Assembly: GCA_964587725.1 (NCBI GenBank)
Contig: CAZPLO010000006.1
Location: 20,548-68,184 of the forward strand
Source: an uncultured archaeon
GTDB taxonomy: Archaea; Altiarchaeota; Altiarchaeia; IMC4; SCGC-AAA252-I15
Length of the DNA stretch: 47,637 nucleotides
Direction of reading: 5' to 3'
Shown here: positions 28,648-36,484 of the stretch, one piece after another
How the letters are laid out: every line of letters starts with the position of its first letter
Position numbering within the stretch: the first letter of the stretch is position 1
Made by a program: the position numbers and the translations under genes
The notes under the pieces: model-generated
What the model saw: the letters and a program-made list of their open reading frames with translations, nothing else
Database searches by the model: none
What the model was told of the DNA's origin: nothing

Positions 28648-29835
28648 TTACACGAAACCGCTGATTCTGGTCTGGGCGTATGTGAAGTAGTCTTCCGCGT
28701 TGAATGACTCGAACTTTTCCCTGTCCTCCGGCGGCGCGTACACGCCGACCGACAGCTTCTCCAATTCCGACGTCTCCAGGGACTTCGCCAGGGAGGATGC
28801 TTCGCTGATACTCCTCAACCCCTCAGGAGTCTTCACCTTCACGCGGAACTCGCTTAAACTGACTTCAGGGTAGTCGATGAGCAGGTAGCCGTTTTCGACG
28901 CCGTAGTCCGACGCTATCCTGGCTTCGATGTCGGCGGGGTCCTCCGCCAACTCCTTCCTCGACTCCTCCGTCAGAGACATAATCCTCTCCGAGAAAACGG
29001 TCTTGAACAGCCGGCGCCCGTCCAGCATCCCCATCATGTCGCCGACGTAGCCTCCTGCTGACCGCATGAAGTGGACTGTTTCAACGTCGTCCAATGCGGC
29101 GAGCTCTTTCACGTCGAATCCATCCTCCACCAGCCGGAGGAGGGCGTGGACCATCATCGACTCCGCCACCCGCTTGGTGTGGTGGCGGTAGACTGTCTGG
29201 TACATGAGGTTCCTGTTTATCAGCAGCGACTCCGCAGCCTCCAAACCCCGGGAGCCCACCACCACGTCGCCCTTCTCCAACCGGATGCTGTACAGCAGCC
29301 GTTCCACGTCGGTGACCCCGTATGCGACGCCCGCATAGTATGCGTCCCGCACCAGATAGTCCATTTTGTCCACATCCACTTCCGATGAGAGCAGCTTACC
29401 CAGCTTCCCCTTCCCACGTATTATCTCCGCCACGTTCGACGGCTGCATGCCGTTGGACTTCAGTATGTCGGATACTTCCGTGTTCAACACCGTCTCCGCG
29501 GACCTGCGCTCGTGGTCGAACCCGTAACGGGACATGACGTCGAAGGTGTGGCTGAACGGGCCGTGGCCGACGTCGTGGAGCAACGCCGCCGTCTGCAACG
29601 CGTTGCCTTCTCCCTCCCCCAACCCCAGGTGGTCTGCGAGCTCGCCCGCGAGGTGGTAGACGCCGAGGCTGTGCTCGAACCGGGTGGAGTTCATGGCAGG
29701 ATACACCAGGTAGCAGAGGCCGTTCTGGCGGATGTGCCGTAGCCTCTGCACGTAGGGGGTGTCCGCCAGTTCCACGAAAACCCCCTTCAAACGGATGTTT
29801 CCGTGTATGGGGTCCCGCACAACCTTCTCGTCCAT
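28648..29835 (-). CDS. HD-domain phosphohydrolase, SAMHD1/dNTP triphosphohydrolase-like
   Basis: DPIHG, QRLRHIRQ, TRFEHSLG, LLHDVGHGPFSH, DVDKMDYLVRD, MYQTVYRH. Confidence 0.92.
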   Translation of the reverse strand: MDEKVVRDPIHGNIRLKGVFVELADTPYVQRLRHIRQNGLCYLVYPAMNSTRFEHSLGVYHLAGELADHLGLGEGEGNALQTAALLHDVGHGPFSHTFDVMSRYGFDHERRSAETVLNTEVSDILKSNGMQPSNVAEIIRGKGKLGKLLSSEVDVDKMDYLVRDAYYAGVAYGVTDVERLLYSIRLEKGDVVVGSRGLEAAESLLINRNLMYQTVYRHHTKRVAESMMVHALLRLVEDGFDVKELAALDDVETVHFMRSAGGYVGDMMGMLDGRRLFKTVFSERIMSLTEESRKELAEDPADIEARIASDYGVENGYLLIDYPEVSLSEFRVKVKTPEGLRSISEASSLAKSLETSELEKLSVGVYAPPEDREKFESFNAEDYFTYAQTRISGFV

Positions 29836-29874
29836 GCTCTCTTATTTTACTCGCTGCGTTAATAATGTACTGTC

Positions 29875-31011
29875 ATGTGGTATGAGAAACATCGGCCCCC
29901 CACGCTGGACGGTTTCCTCGGCAACGCCGCCGTGAAGCAGGCGAGGGAGTGGGACGGCAAGCCGCTGATAATACACGGGGCCGCGGGCACGGGCAAGACG
30001 CTGCTGGCCCGGCTGATAGCGGAAGACCGCGGGTGGGAGACCGTTGAGGTGTCCGACGACAACATAAAGTCGGCGGACACGCTGGCCAGCACCGGCAGCC
30101 TGTACGGAACTAGGAAACTGTTGCTGATAGAGGACGTGGACTCCGTCCGGAACATCAAGGACGTTGGAAAACTGGTGGAGGACACCGGCAACCCCATCAT
30201 ACTCACAACCAGAGACTACGGCAACCGGAGGCTGTCGACGTTGAAGAAGAAGTGCGGCAGCCTGCAGCTGCGGCGGCCCATACCCGCGTCCATAGCAAAG
30301 TATTTGAGGGGCATATGCGATGAGGAGGGCGTGGACGTCGACAGAGAGGTTATTGATAGGATTGCGAAGAACGCGGGCGGCGACATACGCGCCGCCGTGA
30401 CGGATTTGGAGATGCTCGCCAAAGGCCGGGAAAAGGTTTCGCTGGAGGACGCTGAGCTGCTGCCCGGCAGGGACCGCGACTCCGACATCTACAAGGCGTT
30501 GAGTACCATATTCGGAGGACGCGACTTCAAGGAGGTTGTCCGATGCACGTGGGACATCACCGAACAGCCGAGGGACGTGCTGTGGTGGGTGGACGAGAAC
30601 ATCCCCCGCCTCTACAAGGATGATAACGCCGTATGTGAAGCATACAGTAATCTCTCCAGAGCGGACGTGTTCATGGGAAGGATAATGCGCCGCCAGTACT
30701 GGGGTTTCCTCCGGTACGCGAACCCGCTGATGACCGCAGGCGTCAACGCCGCCCGGCCTGAGAAAGTGCATTACACCAGGTACATGTTCCCCTCCTACTT
30801 TTCGGCCATGGGCAGGAGCAAGGGCATGCGAAACACTGAGGACTCCATCTCAGCTAAGATGGGGCCGGCACTCCACGTGTCCGGGCGGGTCGTAAAAAAG
30901 GAGTATATCCCGTTGTATCGGCTGCTGCTGAAGAAAAAGAAGATTTCAGACGAGGAACTCCAAGGACTCTACGACCTGGACGACGACGAAATAGAGTATT
31001 TAACTTCCTGA
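29875..31011 (+). CDS. rfcL: Replication factor C large subunit (short form)
   Basis: WYEKHRP, GAAGTGKT, GGDIRAAVTDL, WVDENIP, LSRADVFMGRI...YWGFLRYA. Confidence 0.88.
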   Translation: MWYEKHRPPTLDGFLGNAAVKQAREWDGKPLIIHGAAGTGKTLLARLIAEDRGWETVEVSDDNIKSADTLASTGSLYGTRKLLLIEDVDSVRNIKDVGKLVEDTGNPIILTTRDYGNRRLSTLKKKCGSLQLRRPIPASIAKYLRGICDEEGVDVDREVIDRIAKNAGGDIRAAVTDLEMLAKGREKVSLEDAELLPGRDRDSDIYKALSTIFGGRDFKEVVRCTWDITEQPRDVLWWVDENIPRLYKDDNAVCEAYSNLSRADVFMGRIMRRQYWGFLRYANPLMTAGVNAARPEKVHYTRYMFPSYFSAMGRSKGMRNTEDSISAKMGPALHVSGRVVKKEYIPLYRLLLKKKKISDEELQGLYDLDDDEIEYLTS

Positions 31012-31911
31012 CTCGGGCTCCGGCTCCTTGCCCTCCATGATAGCCTTCAGGTCGTCGAAGCTGATGCGTTTGCTGCTCTTCAGCTTCTCCTGAGCCTCCA
31101 CCGCACGCTGGGCGAGCCGCTCCTCCTCCCGCTTAGCCTTTATCTTGTCCATCTCCCCCATGAAGGGGGCCATCTCCTCCTGAATCTTCTCAATTTCTTT
31201 GTTGACGGCGGTGATTTTGTCTCGCATGGGGTTCATGACGTCGTATTTCTCCAGCAATTTCGCGTGATAGTCGTCGGCTTCCTTGCGGACCTCATCCACC
31301 TGCTTGTATATGTCCACCGCCTGGAGGTGATATTTCTCGGACTCATCCGCCAGCTTCCGTATCTCGGCCGAGATTGCGTCGGCGCGGTCGTCCAACGACT
31401 TGATTTCCTCGTACGTCGACACCACGTCCTGGTGGAATTCAGTCGCCTCCTTCGCCGCCTCCAAACGCTCCTCCACCTTGAACACCGCCTCAAAAAGGCG
31501 CTGCTCCTTGTCCAATGGGATGTCTTTGTTTATGAGGTCCGTGAGCATGCTGTCGTATTTCGTTGACAGGGATTCGTCTGTGCCTCGTGCGCTGCGGTTG
31601 AGTTTGTCCCGCTTCTTCTTGCTGTCTTTTATGCGCCCGGACTTGTCCTTTATCTCGGCGTTGGTTTTGCTCCGCTCCTTCTTCAGCTTCGCAATCTCAG
31701 CGTTCAACGAGTCGCGTTTCTCCCGGAGCTCACGGGCCTCCTGGGAGAGTTTCTTGCACAAATCGTTGCCTTCGTCCCGTTTCCTGCGGAGTTTGTTGGC
31801 CTCCCGCTGGTGGACGCGGACCTCGGAAAGAATGTCGCTTATGCCCCTCTTTTTCTTGCTTATCTCCGCCCGGTAGGCGTTCAGCTTGTCCTTCAGCTCG
31901 TTCTCGTTCAT
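31000..31911 (-). CDS. Archaeal coiled-coil protein (COG1340-like)
   Basis: Continuous heptads with KRDxLN repeats, ADESEKYH, RKEADDYH, KRISFDDL. Confidence 0.8.
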   Translation of the reverse strand: MNENELKDKLNAYRAEISKKKRGISDILSEVRVHQREANKLRRKRDEGNDLCKKLSQEARELREKRDSLNAEIAKLKKERSKTNAEIKDKSGRIKDSKKKRDKLNRSARGTDESLSTKYDSMLTDLINKDIPLDKEQRLFEAVFKVEERLEAAKEATEFHQDVVSTYEEIKSLDDRADAISAEIRKLADESEKYHLQAVDIYKQVDEVRKEADDYHAKLLEKYDVMNPMRDKITAVNKEIEKIQEEMAPFMGEMDKIKAKREEERLAQRAVEAQEKLKSSKRISFDDLKAIMEGKEPEPESGS

Positions 31912-32237
31912 CCCCCAAACTCACCCACTCTGCCCAGCCAGTACTCGCGGGCCTGCCTATGCTCCTGTATGCGATTCTTCAGACCCTCCACCTGGCTCCG
32001 GCTCATGGACTCGTAGTCGGAGAGGAGTTGCTTCAACTCTTTCTGTGTTTCCTCAAGCTCCTTGGCGTATTTGCCTTTGCTCCCGTTTTCCTCCACCCAG
32101 TGAAGCAGCTGGTCACGCTTCTCCCTCAGCATCGTAGCCTGCTGGTACCTCTCTATTTCGTCGCTGTATTCGCTGATGAAGCGGTCGTGTTTCTCAACCA
32201 GTTCCTCAGCCAGTTTCTTGGGTGAAAAATCGCTCAT
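31908..32237 (-). CDS. Hypothetical helical/coiled-coil protein
   Basis: 109 aa charged helical ORF with ATGA overlap to the COG1340-like gene. Confidence 0.7.
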   Translation of the reverse strand: MSDFSPKKLAEELVEKHDRFISEYSDEIERYQQATMLREKRDQLLHWVEENGSKGKYAKELEETQKELKQLLSDYESMSRSQVEGLKNRIQEHRQAREYWLGRVGEFGG

Positions 32238-32275
32238 AGTATAGCATAAGATAAGTGTATCGTGCCTAAAAAGCT

Positions 32276-32890
32276 TTATTTCAGGCTCACTACGTGTATT
32301 ATCCGCTGCAGGGCGGTGAAATTCGTCAACACCGCAGCCGCAGCCAACACATAATTAAGCCATACTGGGTTAAATAAGGCGAGGAACATGCCCGCGTATA
32401 TGAGGGTGAGTCTTTCGAACCGCTCCATCACCCCCCCCATGTCACGCAGCTCTCTCTCGTCTGTTACGACGCCGCGGTGGTCCGCGTACGCGGTCACAAA
32501 CGACGGCATCACCGCACCTATAACCAGTAGGATGAACCAAAGGCTGGTGGGGAGTATGAAGTCGGACACGCCCCGCATGTAAAACCACAATCCAATGTAC
32601 AGTGCGAACTCCACATACCTGTCTACGACGCCGTCCAGGAATGCGCCCAGGTTAGAGACGCTGTTCGTCACCCGCGCCACCGTCCCGTCTATAACATCCA
32701 TGAACGCGCTCGCCACAAACAATATCAGGCCCGCCGCCAGATCCCCCATGTAGAGGAAGTAGAAGCCGGCCAACGCAGGCACCAACGCCAGCACGGTCCA
32801 CAGGTTGGGGGTAATCCCCAGTTTGCTGAACAGAATACCTATGCGGACGTCCAACCCCCGCGTCTCCCCGCGAAACAAAGCCTTAAGCAT
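32276..32890 (-). CDS. CDP-alcohol phosphatidyltransferase (probable archaetidylinositol phosphate synthase)
   Basis: Start set at MLKALF; TPN, DVIDGTVAR...GAFLDGVVDR signature; directly downstream of ino1. Confidence 0.88.
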   Translation of the reverse strand: MLKALFRGETRGLDVRIGILFSKLGITPNLWTVLALVPALAGFYFLYMGDLAAGLILFVASAFMDVIDGTVARVTNSVSNLGAFLDGVVDRYVEFALYIGLWFYMRGVSDFILPTSLWFILLVIGAVMPSFVTAYADHRGVVTDERELRDMGGVMERFERLTLIYAGMFLALFNPVWLNYVLAAAAVLTNFTALQRIIHVVSLK

Positions 32891-32932
32891 AGTACTATCT
32901 CTCTCTTTCGCCTTTAATAAATTCTTCAACCA

Positions 32933-32991
32933 CAGCCTTTTTAACAAAAAGGCTGGCGAAAAATACGTGGGGTTCACTGCGTTCACCCCAC
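32933..32991. repeat. Two adjacent inverted repeats between ino1 and the phosphatidyltransferase gene
   Basis: CAGCCTTTTT-aac-AAAAAGGCTG (32933-32955) and GTGGGGT...ACCCCAC (32967-32991). Confidence 0.75.
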
Positions 32992-33007
32992 TGAAGGAGC
33001 CCCATCA

Positions 33008-34099
33008 TCACCTTTCCCGCTCACCCTTAATGAATTCTTCAACCATCTCCCGCGCTACGGAGTCGGTGTATTGTATCATCGGCGACTTCATGAAGTAGCT
33101 GGACGGGCTCGTCAACGCCCCTCCTATGCCGCGGTCCAATCCGAGTTTGCAGCACCGTACGGCGTCGACCATTACGCCGGCGCTGTTCGGGCTGTCTTCC
33201 ACACTCAGCCGCAGCTCCAACTCCAACGGGACGTCGCCGAACTTACGGCCCTCCATGCGTATGAAGCAGAGTTTGTTGTCGTTCAGCCACGGCACATAGT
33301 CGGAGGGGCCGATGTGTATGTCGTCGGCCGGCAATTGCGTGGGCAGCTGGCTCTGCACCGACTGGGTCTTGCTGATTTTCTTGCTCTTCAGCCGGGTCCG
33401 CTCCAGCATGTTCAAAAAGTCGGTGTTGCCGCCGACGTTCAACTGATACGTGTGGTCGAGTTTCACGCCCCGGTCCACGAACAGCCGCGTCAGCGTCCTG
33501 TGGACGATGGTTGCGCCCACCTGGCTTTTGATGTCGTCCCCGATGCACGGCAGCCCCGCATCCTTGAACCGGTCGCTGCCTTCCTTCTTGGAGCAGATGA
33601 ACACTGGCATGGCGTTGATGAACGCGCACCCCGCCTTGATGCACTCGTCCGCGTAATACCGTGCGGCCTTTTCAGAACCCACGGGTAGGTAGCATATGGC
33701 CACTTCGGCGCCGGAGTCCTCCAGCTCCTTGGAGACATCGACGGGCGACTGTTTGGGGTCGACCGTGAATTTTTCGCGGGTGGTGTCTGCTACGCCGTCC
33801 AGAACAGGACCCTTCTTGACTTCCACGTCCCATGGGGGCACGTCGCTGAATTTGGTGGTGCAGTTCGGCTCCTCCCAAATCGCTTCGCTCACGTCTTTTC
33901 CGACCTTCTTGCTGTCCACGTCGAAGGCTGTGACAAAACGGATGTCTTTGACCATGTATCCGCCGAGGCTGTTGTGCATCAGACCAGGTATGAGAGGGTC
34001 CTCCGCCTTGACGTCCTTGTAGTATTCGACTCCCTGTACGAGGGAGCTGGCGCAGTTCCCCACGCCTATAATCGCGGCCTTGATTTCTTTATTAGCCAT
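33008..34099 (-). CDS. ino1: myo-inositol-1-phosphate synthase
   Basis: Start set at MANKEIK; [53 protein letters not shown]. Confidence 0.97.
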   Translation of the reverse strand: MANKEIKAAIIGVGNCASSLVQGVEYYKDVKAEDPLIPGLMHNSLGGYMVKDIRFVTAFDVDSKKVGKDVSEAIWEEPNCTTKFSDVPPWDVEVKKGPVLDGVADTTREKFTVDPKQSPVDVSKELEDSGAEVAICYLPVGSEKAARYYADECIKAGCAFINAMPVFICSKKEGSDRFKDAGLPCIGDDIKSQVGATIVHRTLTRLFVDRGVKLDHTYQLNVGGNTDFLNMLERTRLKSKKISKTQSVQSQLPTQLPADDIHIGPSDYVPWLNDNKLCFIRMEGRKFGDVPLELELRLSVEDSPNSAGVMVDAVRCCKLGLDRGIGGALTSPSSYFMKSPMIQYTDSVAREMVEEFIKGERER

Positions 34100-34145
34100 G
34101 TATAAATATATTACATAACATTTAAATGTTTTACGGTTGTAAAAT
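34100..34145. promoter_or_regulatory. Divergent ino1/padR promoter with palindromic candidate operators
   Basis: Perfect 14-bp palindrome AACATTTAAATGTT (34117-34130); TTTTAC-ggtt-GTAAAA (34129-34144); TATAAATA at 34101. Confidence 0.6.
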
Positions 34146-34469
34146 ATGGCTTCCGGAAGGGCTCTGACGCGGCTGAAACGGAAAACCACCACGGAATGCC
34201 TGTGGCCCTACATACTGTCTCTGACTAAGGAGGAGCCCGTGTACGCGTACGAGATGCGCGGGATGATAAAGAAACGGTTCGGCTTCCAGGTGGGGCAGGT
34301 CACGGCCTACATGGTGCTGTACAAGCTGGAGATGGACGGGCTGGTTAAGACCGAATGGAGGGAAGTCAACAACCGCCAGCGGAAATACTACAAGATAACC
34401 GCCAAGGGTGTTAAGGCATTGGACAATGCGGTCGAATACTTAAAGGAAACAGCTTCTAAACTAATGTAG
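34146..34469 (+). CDS. PadR-family transcriptional regulator
   Basis: [28 protein letters not shown]. Confidence 0.92.
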   Translation: MASGRALTRLKRKTTTECLWPYILSLTKEEPVYAYEMRGMIKKRFGFQVGQVTAYMVLYKLEMDGLVKTEWREVNNRQRKYYKITAKGVKALDNAVEYLKETASKLM

Positions 34470-34641
34470 CGGCTAGTTGAACCGCCTCCATGGTGTCGGG
34501 CTGCTGTGTGACGACGGTCAAATTGTAGCCGAACGCCCACCATAGTATGAGGACGGCGGCTATGGCCATCAACGCCACGCCTATGACAACCAGCTCCCAC
34601 AGCGGCACGGTCTCATCCAGTGTGCGGAGTATGTTCAGCAT
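34456..34641 (-). CDS. Small single-TM hypothetical protein
   Basis: 61 aa with a hydrophobic core; GGAGG SD on the minus strand 8 nt upstream; lies downstream of pgk. Confidence 0.55.
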   Translation of the reverse strand: MLNILRTLDETVPLWELVVIGVALMAIAAVLILWWAFGYNLTVVTQQPDTMEAVQLAATLV

Positions 34642-34679
34642 CGCTTAACTAATATCCTCCCGCTATTTAAATAACGCGG

Positions 34680-35900
34680 TTACTTTCTGGTTCCCGCCTT
34701 CAGCGCCTCCAACGCCGGCAGTTTGACGCCTGCTATGAAGTCGACGCACGCGCCTCCGCCACTGCTGACGTGGGTTATCTTGTCGTTGACCCCCAGGCTT
34801 TTAGCGGCCGCGACGGTGTGACCCCCGCCGATGACGCTGAAGCTGCCGGAGTCCGCGATGGCCTTGATGATTTCCTCGGTTCCGTATGCGAAGCGCTCGT
34901 CCTCGAATACGCCGAGTGCGCCGTTGGCGAACACCGTCTTCGAATCCTTAATCAGTTTCTTGTATTCTTCCACGGTCTTCTTGCCTATGTCGCTTATCTT
35001 GTTGTTGGTGGGAAGGCTTCCCACGTCTATGCCCACCCGCTCCCCGCCTTTTTCAACCGCCAGGTCGACAGGGGTGATGATGCGTTCGTCGTATCGGGTG
35101 AGAAGGCCATGGGCCACACCTATCTGGTCCGTGAGTTTTTTGCCGCGGATGAACTCGATGTTCGGCTCCCCCAGGCGGTAGCCCTTCGCAGCCAAGAATA
35201 TGTTGGCTACCAGGCCGCCGGTCAGTATGCGGTCGGTGCCGTTCTCCAGCGCCCGTCGAACCACCTTGATGCTGTCGTCCGCCTTGGTGCCGCCGAGTAC
35301 GAACGTGACGGGGTGGTCGGGGTTCTCTATGACTCCGCCGATTGTCCGGACCTCCTTCTCCATCAACCGGCCTATGCACGACGCCATGACCATTGGGAAT
35401 CCGACGACGGACGGCTGGCTCCTGTGGGCGACGGCGAAGGCGTCGTTCACGTACAAGTCGAACAGCGGCGCCAGACGGTTCACGAGGAATGTCTTGGCCT
35501 GCACGTCCGCGGGCCGCTTCAGCACCTCCTCGCTGTAGAAACGCAGGTTCTCGAGCATGATTACGTCGCCTTTGTTAAGGTTCTTTATGCTGTTGCGTGC
35601 GTAGGTTCCGAAGATGTCGTCCACGTAGGTTATTTCCACCCCTATTATCTCGCTGAGGTGTGCTGCGTGGCCCTCCAACGTTATGAAGTCCTCCTCGCCC
35701 GGCCGGCCCTGGTGGACCATGCACGCTATTGATGCGCCGCCGTCCATCAGCTCCTGTATTGTTTCATGATGCGATATGAAACGCCGGTCGTCGAGGAATT
35801 CCCCGGAGTCGGGGTCTATGGGTGAGTTCAAGTCCAAACGCAGCAGAATCTTCTTGCCAGAGACGTCAACGTCGTCCAATGTTTTAATGCCGTCCAACAT
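34680..35900 (-). CDS. pgk: Phosphoglycerate kinase (archaeal type)
   Basis: Start set at MLDGIKTLDD; RLDLNSP, HQGRPG, LENLRF, NDAFAVAHRS, GGTK, GGGHT, HVSSGGGA. Confidence 0.96.
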   Translation of the reverse strand: MLDGIKTLDDVDVSGKKILLRLDLNSPIDPDSGEFLDDRRFISHHETIQELMDGGASIACMVHQGRPGEEDFITLEGHAAHLSEIIGVEITYVDDIFGTYARNSIKNLNKGDVIMLENLRFYSEEVLKRPADVQAKTFLVNRLAPLFDLYVNDAFAVAHRSQPSVVGFPMVMASCIGRLMEKEVRTIGGVIENPDHPVTFVLGGTKADDSIKVVRRALENGTDRILTGGLVANIFLAAKGYRLGEPNIEFIRGKKLTDQIGVAHGLLTRYDERIITPVDLAVEKGGERVGIDVGSLPTNNKISDIGKKTVEEYKKLIKDSKTVFANGALGVFEDERFAYGTEEIIKAIADSGSFSVIGGGHTVAAAKSLGVNDKITHVSSGGGACVDFIAGVKLPALEALKAGTRK

Positions 35901-35948
35901 ATATACCACCGGAGAAAGGATAATATATTTAAAAGGCAGTATTAAAAC

Positions 35949-36431
35949 ATGGAAGTAGCCGAGGCGATACTGAGGAGGAGGAGCATACGCCGATACACCA
36001 GCGAAGACGTCGGCGAAGAGGACGTGCGTGAGATGCTGGAGGCGGGGCGGTGGGCTCCGTCCGGTTTGAACAACCAGCCGTGGCGTTTCAAGGCCCTCAG
36101 GGGCGGAGAAAAAGACGCGGTAGCCGAACATACTAAATACGGGCACATCATCCGCGCCGCCCCCGTCTGCGTAGCCGTGTTTCTGGACGACGAGGAAAGC
36201 TACGACAGGACGAAGGATGTTCAGGCTGTGGGCGCGTGCATACAGAACATGCTGCTCAGGGCATACGACCTGGGGCTGGGTGCGGTGTGGCTGGGCGAAA
36301 TACTCAACCAGCGCGAACAGGTGGAGGAGGCGCTGGATGTGCGGCAGGAACTGATGGCTGTCATAGCGCTGGGGCATCCGGCGGAGGAGGCTGATTCCAG
36401 CAGGCAGGACCTGGAAGACCTCACGATATAA
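35949..36431 (+). CDS. Nitroreductase family protein
   Basis: RRSIRRY, APSGLNNQPWRF, IQNMLLRAYDLGLGAVW, IALGHP. Confidence 0.93.
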   Translation: MEVAEAILRRRSIRRYTSEDVGEEDVREMLEAGRWAPSGLNNQPWRFKALRGGEKDAVAEHTKYGHIIRAAPVCVAVFLDDEESYDRTKDVQAVGACIQNMLLRAYDLGLGAVWLGEILNQREQVEEALDVRQELMAVIALGHPAEEADSSRQDLEDLTI

Positions 36432-36484
36432 CTTTTCCACAGCACACTGGTCTTTTTTTCTCCACACTACATATTCTTCTCTTG

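Noticed and set aside
35901-36467. Apparent 189 aa N-terminal extension of PGK (595 aa ORF)
   Set aside because: It is the antisense of the nitroreductase gene; PGK homology begins at ATG 35900.
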